A program made the position numbers and the translations under genes. From Iphione sp. A-MEVVRFRX5 (lineage: Eukaryota), in NCBI GenBank assembly GCA_976226885.1, contig OZ320313.1, positions 52,142,001 to 52,206,000 on the forward strand: a stretch of DNA of 64,000 nt. Reading direction: 5' to 3'. Shown here piece by piece: positions 22,401-35,614 of this stretch (positions within the stretch are counted from its first letter, which is position 1; every line of letters starts with the position of its first letter). The notes under the pieces were generated by a model. That model was not told where the DNA came from. It saw only the letters and a program-made list of their open reading frames with translations, and did not search any database.

Positions 22401-25400
22401 TGAGAGGTCTCTTTTATGTGTTTGGTTGGGCAGTGCCAGGTGTCCAGCATCTAATCATTATTTGTTGTTAGGGGTGTCCATCCCTGATCCGTTGTGAATT
22501 TTTTTCAAGGCAGTATTCATGGGGATATTTTAGGGCAGTATTTACTTCAATTACAATGAAATTTTCTAAATGGTGTATGAATCTGTGTTTCCTTATCCCC
22601 AGAATACTGAACTAAGGGTTATTTTATTAAAAAAAAAAACCCACAAAAATAGCTGTAACTTCAAATAACTATTTAATATATGTATTAATTGCCATGATAA
22701 TATGCAAAGGGACAATGGAGTTATTGGCAGAAACGTAGCAGGGAAAAAATACGAAAATGCCTTCACCTGAACCCACTCTGGACATGTGAAAGACAAGGTA
22801 ATTTAGATATCAATTATGCAGGATTATACTGATTGAAAATTGACACTTTGGTCTCTGTTGGGGTACGAAAAACCATTAAAGTGATTTATGATATGTTTAG
22901 GGTCGCCGTTGTACGAGTCTCCTGTCGTTCATGTCAATAAACCACCAAAACGTGACTGAGGTGAGTTGGAAAAACCTTAGGATTCTTGGCGGCTGATATT
23001 TGGATGACAAAGTGGATCACCAAACTTACTTCCTAACTAAGGCTGTCTTTCCATTGGTACAAAAAATATGCGCCCGCCCGGCCATGCACACATCTGCAGG
23101 ATCTCCAATGTAACGTCATGCAGTGTGTAAACTATGCACACATAAGTAGGTTGTTGTTCAAATATCCATTTTATGGATATTCATGCACATCCCGTTCTGC
23201 ACTGACACACACCATGGTGTGAACTTCCTAGATGATACAGCGATGGTCCCACACATCACATCCCACAGTGTGTAAAATATGCACACATAGGTAGGCTTAG
23301 GTAGGCCGCTCCTCATTTGTCACATATGGTCCTCATTTACTTATGAGAGTCTTGAAGATTTACTGGCAATTAATACAAACACACATAATTATATAAAACA
23401 TACGGATTCTCTTTTGTCTATTAAAATAAAGTAATTCTTCTAGGAAAAAGCAGAGATATGAGGCATTAACTTTGGCAATTGTGTGAGTCACTGGCGGTGC
23501 AAGAAAAAACTGGTGCTGTTTGGTTAAGGTGCAAGATCTGTTGTGACTGGGTTTGTAGGTCAATAGTCCTACTGCACTGTTGAAAGCTGAAAGGTTCCCT
23601 TTGAAGCTTTACTGAGTAGACACGTCCTACAGGATATACGTGAACTGTATAATAATTTATAATAATGTAATCTAAATATTAAGAAATAGTGTGATTTAAC
23701 AATCAAGTAGCTATAACAAATGATACAGTATGGATGAAGTACACGTACATGTAATGAATACCAATTTACCACTAACCAAATGTAAGCGGAAAAACCGCAC
23801 TAGAAATCAGTATAGCTAGAATGTGATAAATTATATACTGTATGGCTTGTCTGAATATTCCTTTGTAGTAGAAACTAACCGAACATCAAGTCAACATTCA
23901 GTCGAAACGGGACGCAAACTTTCGGAAGAAATGTAGGCAGGAATAAAATAATTTATGGCTTACAATGGAAGGAACCAATATCCCAAGAGCACACCACCCA
24001 CCAAATAATCCAATTGGGTTAAGTTTTCCTCAAACAAAGAAAAGACCCCCGGCAACTTAGCCCACTTTATCACCGAGACAGAGGGAAATGTTACCCACCG
24101 CTTTGTTCTGCCCTTCAGCGCATCATTGATGAGGTCGAAAGAACAGGAAGTTGCCGTTTGAGACGAGGCACGGAACCGGAAGTTCGTCCATGATGCATTG
24201 GGAGCTCAGTGTGGGTCCGGCATTGTGGTGCCGCGGTGGCGGCACTGACAAACGGCCACGAACGGAACACATGTGTCGCAAACGGACAAACGTCGCCGGA
24301 CGGGAAGTGGGTTGTCGTGAAATAGTAGGAGGGCAAGCATTCCAAACGGACGGTGATTCGGCGAATTAATTTCGACACACCCATGTGGAGTACTTAGAGC
24401 GGCAAAACGATACTGTCGAATAAGTGGACCATCAACGAAGAGCCAACAAGTGTCTTTAAGCACGACTCTTCCAGATATTCATGCAAACCCATGGTAAAAC
24501 ATCAAATACGCGTGGCTGGAAGTGAACACGGCTCTTACAGCTGACAGTAACCCTTTTCCCGACATGGTGCTTTGTTGCTACAACGTATCTTCCCACGGGA
24601 AAATAGCTCTGCATGTGTTAAACTTTGCCCAGTCGCAAAAATACAAAGGATTCGAGATTAAAGGATTAAACAAGTTACCATAAACAATTCCCGTCTTTGA
24701 GAATTGTTTCCCTTTGTGTACCTATTTCCTTTTCCATCTCTGATTGTGTTGATCTAATGAATTCGTTTAAAAGTGGAAACACTGAAAAAATAGCAAACTA
24801 TCAACACTATCTCTCCACCTGTTGCCTACTAACTGTTGTTATGTGCTAGGCGCTGTTTCATAATCTTCAAACAGAATTGGAACCACATGTCAAACCAAGG
24901 ATGACTCACACGAAAGGCCTGTCGCATCCATCTCCAGTCTGGACAGCAAAAAGATTATTTGCATAAAACATATGATGCAGGAGTAGGTATCGATTTTGAA
25001 TTATAGTGTTTGCGTTTGAAAATACAAGTTCCGTGAAAATGTAAGATCACGACGTTATCTAAAAATGTATGATGCTATCATGAATGCATCTTAAATTAAA
25101 AAGAAATATTTCGGGACACTTGTCTGGACTTTAATGGATATAATATGGTTAAATTTCAATTCATCTTCCTCCGTTCTTCAATAGTAAACTACAGATGGGA
25201 ATATGGATTGATAGGACCAGGATGTGTGGAAAGCGTGCCATTCTACGCTGTGATTGCTTTTGCAGTTAACTACCAAGTAACTCCTTCCGCAGCCTTTGCG
25301 TTAAGTGACATCATGTGTAGAGCTGACCATCCCAACCGCCTTGCTATCTTCTAGACATAGAGCTAGCTCTTATCCATTCATCTGTCTTGCCTGTATTGAA

Positions 25401-26418
25401 AAAAAAGACACGTGTCTAGTTAGCAGACGCTTCGCCCTTTACTCCGATGTAACTTTGACATTTACGTTGCCGCCCCCCCATCCTTTATTGCATATTACTT
25501 CCTCCTTGGAGAAGGGAATTGTTCATACCAAGAAGTTTGCAACACTTTATTCGTCTTTGAACGTGTCATTCAGCATTACAATTCTGAGGATAGATTTTCC
25601 CACATATCTATCATATACACTATATACCGTAAAACGACCCTATTTTCCTTGATTAACCATGCCCTGCTGTTTTTAATTAGTCTGTTAAATGAATGTCTTT
25701 CTGATGATGATAAGTGAGGACTAAACTAATTAAAAACAAGCCAACAGAGATAAAAGCACTAACAGTAAAACGTAAGGCCAAAGGGGCCAAACAAGGAATG
25801 ATAGAAAAAGTAACCCTACCCACTCACCTCAGATCTTTTCCGTCTGTTACCGGAAACACAGATATCTTTTTTTTAAGAGCTGATCATATTTACCTATTTT
25901 TCTGTTAAACCCTTGTTATCGGCATAAGCAATCACAGTCAGTTCAGTTAACGTGTATATTAGACATATATATATATATATATATGTTATCTATGGACTTT
26001 CTAATAGTTCAGCTCCGTCGACGTCTGTTCTTACTCTTATTGCTAACAAGGACAAATGGTGAGTATGTGATGTGAGGACAATATCGCACAATCAGTAACA
26101 CTACACTATTCTACTTATCAATAACGTTCTCTGACCAACCATGTTTTTCAGGTATTTCATAGCCTGTCAAGCATAACCTATCAGTGTTTACTTTCTTCCT
26201 TGAGGAGTGTTCTGCAGAAACAGTCCTCATCTGGGTCTCCCCACCTCTTTGAGTCTTAGGAGATGGGAGACCCACTGGTGATTGACTGCGTTTGTTGTCA
26301 GTGTACGTTAGTATGTGTTTTACATGTGTTTCCCTTAATGCAGCCTCACGGATAGGGGTGTCTATTGAACATGTGTTTTACCTGTGTTTACCTGCATTTT
26401 AACCTGTATGGGAGCTGT

Positions 26419-26515
26419 AGAAAATCTGGTTAATGTCACTGGAAAAAGTATAAAAACTGGTGAATGTCACTGGAAAAAAGTATAAAAACTGGTGAACGTC
26501 ACTGGAAAAAGTAGA
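26419..26515. repeat. ~31-bp tandem repeat, 3 copies
   Basis: ctggt(t/g)aa(t/c)gtcactggaaaaagta repeated three times; possibly a subterminal repeat of a non-autonomous DNA element. Confidence 0.75.
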
Positions 26516-29500
26516 GTTAACATACTTTTACTGGTATTTTCACCTGATTCAAAGAATATCTGCTGTATACTACTGTCCATTTGGTGTCGGTGTGCATTAG
26601 ATTATCAGTCAAGGACCATTACTGATGAATGGACACCAACAGACACTAACACACACGGACACAATTGACACCTCACAATAGTTATCACTGTTTCAATAAA
26701 TATGCAGAGAAATACACCCAAAATGCATACAAACACACACAGACATCAGCAGAGGTAAGAAAACCGGCCTTAAGTGGAGTGTGCAGTCAGATGACCAGTT
26801 TATTCAGTGCTTGTCACTCATCCCCCAGTCGAGGGTTACAGTGGCTGAGCCACCAATGTCTGGCTGCATGAATATTACTTAAAGCTGGGCTCCGGTTCAG
26901 GTAGGTGTCCTAGGCCTGCCTGACCTTCATCAATACACAGCATACAAAGTTTCAGGAATGTGCTTGTTCAGGGAAGTGGGTAGCTAATCCTCAACCTCTG
27001 AGCTAGCCCCCTTTAAGGGTTGCAAGCTGGTAAGAACCTTTGGTCCAGCTGACACGTTCTGAGAAAGAGGGAATAGGATATCACACTCATACTCTCTGCT
27101 GGGATGCCTATCATCAACACGTCTGCACGCTTCCACCCTAATGAGCGCCCATAGATGTAACTTAATTACTTTTATTGTTTGCTGTAAATCTAATCTTGAA
27201 TCTTGATGTGCTTTATTACAGCGATGATATAAATTTAAGCACCTACACACAACAATTATATATAAAGGTATAGGCCAAATACTAAACCAGCTATAAACTG
27301 CAGCTATAAAACCGGTGTGCTTCTTCATTCCCAGAGAGCTATCTAAAAGGAACGACCTGTTTTCACTCATAATGTATTTTAACATACCGGTGACATGCTA
27401 GATCAGTTCTGCCCCGTCAAATCTCAATCGGCCGACAAGCCTTTCTTCTATCTGTCAGTGGTTTTTATCAGGCTTTAAGAATTATGATGCCACAAGAGTG
27501 AATCACTGGACAGTCATATTAGTTTGGCACAGTCCAGAGCTGGAGCTTCAAAGGAGGTTTAATCTAGAGGAATGACGACCATTTCACGATATGTCACATT
27601 GGTGCACGTTGATTTTGGCTCTAACATTTGAAAACGGTGGTCTATTCAGAGGCAAATAAGGCCAGACGAAAGGGTGTCACCACACAACACTATGCACACA
27701 CACACAATATTATATATATTAATGTACATGTACTTGGATTCAGATTCAAGAATTTAATAACCTAATGTAAATAAATTTCGAATTAAACGGAATGTAACTT
27801 TATGCATACATATTTCGCGTTGCATTCTTTCTAAACGTTTTTTAGGGTATCGTTGGTAGTAACTTAAGCATTTGTCAAACATGTAGGCCTACGGTTACTT
27901 TTACTCATTCCTATTCTTTGGGGTTTCTGCACTCTACCGGTTTGAAATTAGGAGGGGTTCGGTGGGGGGGTCGTTTCGTTCGGTTCCTCAGAGTAGTTGA
28001 GTTCCAACTAGTAGAGAAAAACTTTATATCTATGACGAAATTTGGTATTTCTATGATTTATACTATGCTTACAGCCTCAGCTAATAATAAAACGAGAAAT
28101 TATTTAAAGAATAGTGGTAGGAAAGTCCTTCTTTACCAAAATACGGAACAGTTTTCGAAGAGTTCAATTTGTACCAAAAACGGCATTAGTCTGTCCGGCC
28201 ACTCGTGGGTTAGGCCTGCCCTATTATGATCTGTTTCTACCGGAGTGCTGCAAATGGCGTATATGTAGCGTTGATCGTCACGAACCTGAACATGTCCATC
28301 TGTTCCTACTGTCGGCGACGCCGTGAACGTGACGTCATTTCATGACGTTTCAAATAGGCTCACCGCGTGTTTACAGGTCAGGTCCAAAAGCTGTGTCAAC
28401 GATCTGTCTCTGTCGTTCGGTCTGTGATTTAATGAGGAACAGGCTGGCAGCAGTTTGGTAGTAGTTGTCCATGTGGATGCGTCGGCCTGCCATACCACAT
28501 CAACAGCCCTACACGAACTTCAGATCAACAAGACAACTTTAAAGAGCGTGACAGCTGCGAATCGTCTCTGACGTTTTTGCCAAGTGAGCTTTTTGGGTAA
28601 TGCTAGGACACAAAACGATTTTATACGGCATTTGATGATTTTTGTACGGCTGGCAAAGATACACATTTCACATATTTTACTTTCATTGCTGTGAATACTC
28701 TATTGCAAAGAGTGTTCGTTCTAAACCCGATGCCTGGGATACGCTCTTCGACACATGCTTCTAATTCTGTGCCGTTTTTGTATTCATGTGCTTTCTGGGC
28801 TGTCATCTTTCATCTGCCTGCCCACTCCCTGAAGAAACAAAGTGAGAAGCGGTAAGGTGCCTTAGGAGAGGCCGCCCCAGCACTCCATCTCCCCTGAGGT
28901 GTCAGCGACCGTTTGCTGAGGGAATGGGTCCCATGGTGACAGCCATGGAGACTCATGGAGTAGAAGAGGGGAATTTATGTGAGGTGACTGTCTTTAATCT
29001 CTGAAATGGACCTATGTGAGTCCAGGTTCTCCGGGTGGTAGAAGCAGGTATTCCGTGTCTACTTTGCAATAAATAATGTGCGCATCGCACGTGTAAAACA
29101 TTTGGCGAGCACCCGGTGATAACCATATTAGACTCTGTAATACAGTTTCGGCTGGGCCATATGAGTTAACCTTTACGCCAGCCATATAGAGAGTAATCGT
29201 AGACATCGCCATACAGGTGATCCAGAGGCAGACGAACTCACTTTACTTCGCGGAATCGGTTATTAAATACTAGTGTAATTTACCTATTTAAAACGGCATT
29301 GAATTGATTCAGGGATAAAAGGGCAAACTAAGCAGCTAACAAAGAGAAACTTGCTGCTCTAGGTATGATGAAAGGATTGTAATAGTAAAATGCGTCTTTA
29401 CAGCAAGCATCACATCTCATATAACCTTCCACTCTATAAGTATGCTCTTCTTATGTGCCCTACTCTAGTCTGGTCTTTTCGTCAATCCAACCTTGCTGAG

Positions 29501-31461
29501 TCAGCGCTTCTCGTGTACCTCAAAGAAAGCCCGATGGTTGCGCCACCACACCAGCGGTGCTAGAATTAGGGCGAGCGTGCCTGGATGTCTAGGACCTCCA
29601 CGGGGTTTGCAATGGTAGGGGAGCAGGTCGAAGCGGAGGCCAGACCGAGAGCTACTCAACTCACCACCCAGACAGCGGTGTCGACCAGACGAATGAGCAC
29701 ACAAGTTTTACATGCACCATGCACAAACAAACGGACTTTCAAACACAAAGGAACACGCACGCTCAGTGGCAAAGAAATTACAGGTGCGCACTCGCAAGAG
29801 CACCCATACCCAAGGTCATATTCAACGATATAGTGCAACCTATATACATTCGAGTGCAGACATAAACGAACGCACGAGCATATATATACATGTATAATAT
29901 ACTGTATATAACTATAGAGAGATAATTTTAAAGCAATTTAAATGCGACAGAAACTGTAAAGACCTACATTTAGATAAGGTGATGATCGGGTTGCTGAGGG
30001 AGGTATGTATAAGGTTCAGCGTTATGACGAAACGGATAGACAGGAAAAGAGACATAAATGGCGGGTGGTATGTCTACAATGAAAAAGAAAATCACAGGAA
30101 ACACCCTTTTAAAATTCAAAAACTACACTGTGTAGGTTGTCCGTCCAGACCTCCCCTGGGCTCCACTCAGCCTGGAGCGGTCGATGTTGCATCACAATAG
30201 AGCTACTGGTAGGCAAGCGACAAGTCCCATACGTTCGGCCGTACCACTGGCCGGCCGTGGTCGAAGCGGGAGAGCCCGTCGCTGCCGTTAATCCTAAATT
30301 AGTTAAACTTGGTCCTTTTTTATCGGTACTGTCTGCTTCGCCTGCCACTGGCTCGACCTACCGTTCGTGGACAGAGAGAGTCGATACTACACGAAGGGTA
30401 GGGCGTGGTTTTGAAACGCTGTGTGTAATAGGGCAGAGGTTGGTGTCGAGGAAAATTCATGATGGAAACGATCGATAACTTGCTTGCGGTGTTGTGATAG
30501 ACAGCTGTGGTAAGAATTTTTCAAACCAGACAGAACAATTCATTAAGGGAAATGTACTGATCTCAGGATCTGTAAAGTACTATGATTATCCTCCCCTGAA
30601 TTATACATACACAATAAATTGACTACCACATTAAACGAACCGAGGCGTGCTTCTGTATTCATTCCCCCATCAACCGGTTTTTATCTTCCCTTATATGTAC
30701 ATTTAACGGTCATCTTTCACAAATACACCACAAACCATTTCCTTTTGCGCTGTCCTCCAGACTTCCCTCCCAACCCCTCCTCTCTCTCAGGTGATTCCTT
30801 ACTCGCACGCACAGTCCATCCCTGAGTATCGCCCGATGGAGTGGGGTCAGCGAGTGCGTGGGAATCTTGCAGACAGCACTGCACCGTTGGGTCGATCTTG
30901 TAACTGCATTGCCTCATTACCGATGCTCATAAAGAAGCGGGCACGTACAGCGGCCTCCTAGAAGGTACCGGGCACACCTCGCTCGTAAACGTGCCCGCCT
31001 CCTTAGATCCATGCTCATCCTTGTTTCTTCCCTTTGTTGCAGAAGCCAAATGAGAATGGATTCCGTCGTTGACGAAGCGACATAATGTATCGGTTTCCAT
31101 ACGATGGCCCGTGATTGCGGAAAGGATTACAGTCGCTATGATGGCCGGCTTACGCATACATCAGCGGCGTGTTTGTCTTAGCTTTCCGTTAATTCCCATA
31201 TAACCAGAATGAGAGGATAAAGTAGATTGGATCCAAACTGCCTGGAAATTTAGGTTTCATTATTGCACACACATTTTATTACAACCATTTTCAGCGCCAC
31301 ATGTCTAAATGTAATTTTTTACAGACATGCGAAAGGTCCTTTGATATGATAGTTATTCTGCATTTGAGATGTGGCGAAAGTTCATGATATGGCAGTAAAA
31401 AAGTTCTTTCTACTCCTATTGACTAACGAAAGGATCGGTACAATTGACACTGGATATTGTA

Positions 31462-31705
31462 CTGAGGGTATCCGTGACGTGCACCTGCCCAGCTGAAGGG
31501 AAAATATTCACAATTTCGACCAATATGCCTCAACCTCCATTAAAAACCACACAATTTCAACCATTATGCCTCAGCCTCCATGAAAAACCACACAATTTCT
31601 ACCGATATGCCTCAACCTCCACGAAAAAATATACATGTATATACATTACATCTCTTTATCTATCCCTCTTCCTCTCTCACTCTCTCTATGGCCAATTTCC
31701 CTCAG
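31462..31705. mobile_element. Candidate Tc1/mariner-type MITE with internal 41-bp tandem repeat
   Basis: gTA|ctgaggg ... ccctcag|TAc inverted termini with TA on both sides. Three 41-bp units start at 31509, 31550 and 31591. Confidence 0.5.
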
Positions 31706-33531
31706 TACCAGGGAGTATGGAAAAAAATCCGTACACAAGGAAACTGGGCCTCCGTGCTTGTGCGGAAAGTGGGCCATTTGCCAGACTTGACACACAGTGC
31801 TGAAAAAACCCTGTGTGCATGGAAACCCAGCCTAAGGCAGAAGCTCGGAGAAATACAGACATTTTTACACAGGAACACTATAAATGGCATTGAGATACCA
31901 AGAAAACTCTTCAGATACTGCACCAATACCGTCAAATTCGAACAGTTTTATTGAGTAACACCATTCCAATTACATGTACATATTTCACATACTTCAACAA
32001 ATACACATAATTTAGAGGAACTATACTTCTCACTTTACTTTATGACATTGTCCGGACTCATGCTGTACCAGTTCCTTTTGTTTCGTTAATTGTAAACATA
32101 CATGCATCATGAATAATGATGTAATATTCCTCCAATTTCTCATATGACCATTCTGGTATCTGGAATAAAGTTCTTGTTTTTGGATTGACAGACACGTCGT
32201 CTTTCCGGCTAAGTCATCTAAAGTTTCATATTAGAAAGGTATACAATTGGTTTTAAAAAGGGAAATGTTAGGATTTATCATGACTCTAGTTTAGCATGTA
32301 GCTTAGGACTTGAACTCTGAAATAGCATACATTTTCCTACTTTCCATTCGGGGTACCGCTTGCAGCTTAATTTACCATCAAAATGTCCTTGTTGATAAAT
32401 ATAATCTAGGATAAAAAATGCAGCTTACATCATAGTGTACCCTCCCTAGCTAACTCTCGCTGTCATTGACGAAACTGTCGGTCATACGAATCCACCAGTT
32501 GCCGAAATTAACCTATATGATGGGGCGACTGATATACAGCCAGTTCGTATCTCTCAGACTTTTTAGACCAGTTTTAGTCCAAATAATACAGAGATATATG
32601 TACTTGTGTTATGCTGTTTGAAGTTACTAAAAATGAAAAATTAAGTGAATAATTACGATTAGGAAAGGCGGCTTTACAGACAGGAACAGAATGACGTACC
32701 TAGAGCGAAACATAACTGGAAGGTTGTTTAACACCTCCAGACAGGAAAGTGGGGCGAGAACCTTGCGTTAGCTACTTCAGTATCTTGGGGTTACTACCAC
32801 TATAAATATATAGTCTACATAAATCTGTGATATAACAACCTCTGTTACAGCTGGACAAGAAGTTCCCAATAAAGGCATAGCCCCTAACATGCCCTTAACA
32901 TTCATTGCATATCATATGATGAAGGATGTGATTGACTATAGGTCAAAGCTTTTGATTAAGTTGACATATATCATGACACAATAATGATCATTGTCAGTGT
33001 TTTCATAGATACTTCTCAAGAGACACATTCTACCTTTATACTTCTGTTGGTTCCAAGCGCAAGTTGTTCTTGTGTTATCATCCCGTCTTTGCGCAGTATC
33101 ATTACAAATATTTAGCCTAGTAGGAAGGGGTAATATTGAAATGTGTCAGAGCTTTTTTTGATGATGACTTAGGCGTAAAAAATTTGTGTTCCCGGTAACA
33201 TGGTGAAAAAGCATAGGGTCGATCGATAGGTCGCATTTTTATTTATTTTTTTAATGTGAATTCACACGGACAGCAAATGTACACGGTAAAATACCTTCTT
33301 ATAATTAGATCTTAATGAAACTTATGTTAAATAAAAGCCAGTATGCTAAGGAAGACAGTAACGTATAGTGTAAGTCTCTATCAGTATTCATTCAGGAGTA
33401 ATTTACAAAAGAGTAATAAAATAAAAAGTTCCAATACTCACACAAGTAGGGTCGGTCAGGTTACCAGAAACACAGATAATGTTTTGCTAAGCCTTAATAG
33501 TCTCTACACACGTCCGTTGGCTTAACTATAG

Positions 33532-34617
33532 AATCAAGATTCAAGATTCAAGACGACTTTATTGCCAAATCTCCCTTTTTACAGAGAGCTCTCCTTGGTA
33601 ATAGAACAGAAAAGGAATTGGTAATGTTACTAAAGACATAACGAATATACAAGTAAATCTGTTTCTACAAAAACGCGATCTTCTTAGCGTATTATATCAT
33701 GATAGGTTAAAGTCCAAGAGTGATTACAGTGGAGAAACGTTCATTCACGAGGTCACCATATATGTGTCGAAATACATATAGAGGTGTATAGAGTAATTAA
33801 AGTGATATGTCTTGTGCTAAGTACGAAGCCTTCGTCACTACGCCATTTGTGTACAGCTGTGGCGGCCAGTTGGCAAGTGCCCCTTAGGCATAGCAGGTTT
33901 CTGGCTGATGAGATAACAGTCAAGTCATCTGCATAAGCCACCGCATGGCGATTGGGTGACAGGGATGATAGGACATCATTTATGACCAGGTTGAATGCCA
34001 CAGGACCGAAAACTGAGCCCTGTGGCACCCCCATATCAAGTTGGAGGACGCTCGAAGAGTCACCGTTGCATCGGACAAATTGTGCTCTGTTTGTGAAGTA
34101 GCTCCTCATCATTCTGCAAGTTTTTGACCCGAAGCTAAGCTCTTTCAGTTTAAGCAGAATGCTGTTGTATGGCACTAGATCAAACGCCTTGCAAAGATCG
34201 AAGGCCAGAAGGGTGACATAGTTCCCTGCGTTCAGTAGTTCTTGAGATCTACAATGATCTCAGCTACTGCAGTTTCTGTGCTTCTATAGCTCCTGAATCC
34301 ATGCTTTGAGATGTTAAGCAGGCTGTTCTTCTCCACATGATTCATTAGAACTGGTACGAACCATCGTTCACAAATTTTCCCCGGTAGGGGGAGAATTGAC
34401 ACAGGTCTGTAATTTTTCAACAGGTTTTTAGGTCACCCTTTTTATGCAGAGGGCTAACTCTAGCCACCTTCCAGGAGTCTGGATATATTCCTGTATCAAG
34501 TATCCTTGCAAATACCCAGGATAAGAAATGGGGAATATGCAGTAGCAGCGGCTTCAGGATTCTAGTTGGTAGAGAGTCTATGCCCGACGACTTTGTTACC
34601 TGGATTTGCTTGATTAG
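33532..34617 (-). mobile_element. 5'-truncated CR1/L2-group LINE: RT fragment plus 3' tail
   Basis: KSSGIDSLPTRILK, WKVARVSPLHKKG, NYRPVSILP, KHGFR...STETA, FDLCKAFDLV, GVPQGSVFGP, YADD, with two frameshifts. Minus-strand AATAAA at 33558-33563 is followed by (TCTTGAA)n at 33532-33553. Confidence 0.88.
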
Positions 34618-35473
34618 TTAGAATCAAAACGGAAGATCTTAGGTACTGTGAGCAGGGCATACTTTATTGTGCGCATCTCTAAGCCTATGTATCCACTTGG
34701 TTTGCTTAGTGTGTAGCCTATGCTAATTTATGCACCATTATACGAGGGGTAGAATATTTCTCATTATAAGCTTCTTGTTGGATTCCACTCCATCATTCCA
34801 AAGCTTCATCTAGAATTAATTTCTGATCTACGAAAGTATCTGTCAGTGTACTCTGATAGTCTGATGTAACTAAGCGTAATTGATAGTAAAAGTTGAATTG
34901 ATAATCTCCCTACAAATAAGTTGTAAGACGCGACTGATAACATCCATAAGAAATTATGGTTAACATAAGCTGGTGTGCATAGCATTGAAAAACGGGCAGA
35001 AAATACGTTTGGCATAGAAAATTGATGCTAATGGACCATGCAATTGTTGAAGATAACACTCAAATAGGCAACGCACGCTAACCCTGACAAACTGCGCCGG
35101 CATCACAAGGCAGCCTAACATTCACAATGAAATCACTCATACGTAATAGTGGCAAACATTAGGAGTGATACCTTCACTTGAAATAATGTTGATGCCCTGA
35201 TAAAAGTAATATCATACATGCACTATCAATACACAAATGTCTTTAGCCACATGAGGCGAAAACCCTAGGTTCAGTGATCTGCCGGTCCTAGAGGACATCT
35301 CCGAAAAACGTCCCAATTTTCCCAGACTCTTCACTTTTCTGTGCCTGCCTATCATCCTTACTGACACGGTTTTTCTGTGGCCGCAGGTATGTAGGTGAGA
35401 TGTGGCGTGAACGTCCAGTTGATGATCCAAGCAGCCTCCACCACCCCTATACCACCATCAACACTAAAATGAC

Positions 35474-35614
35474 NNNNNNNNNNNNNNNNNNNNNNNNNNN
35501 NNNNNNNNNNNNNNNNNNNNNNNNNNNNNNNNNNNNNNNNNNNNNNNNNNNNNNNNNNNNNNNNNNNNNNNNNNNNNNNNNNNNNNNNNNNNNNNNNNNN
35601 NNNNNNNNNNNNNN
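35474..35614. other. Assembly gap (141 N)
   Basis: Run of N characters. Confidence 0.99.

Larger units (their letters stand above)
17730..22450 (-). mobile_element. Decayed non-LTR retrotransposon, I superclade (gag-like ORF1 + APE-RT-RNase H ORF2), internally deleted
   Basis: Minus-strand fragments occur in the expected order: ORF1 with three zinc knuckles, APE endonuclease, RT motifs GVPQGSSLSP and YADD, RNase H. Multiple stops and frameshifts; ends approximate. Confidence 0.9.

Noticed and set aside
28371-28493. 40-aa minus-strand ORF with RIHMDNYYQT, reminiscent of the piggyBac DNY/F motif
   Set aside because: It is a single short motif with no other transposase blocks and no TIR or TTAA ends nearby.
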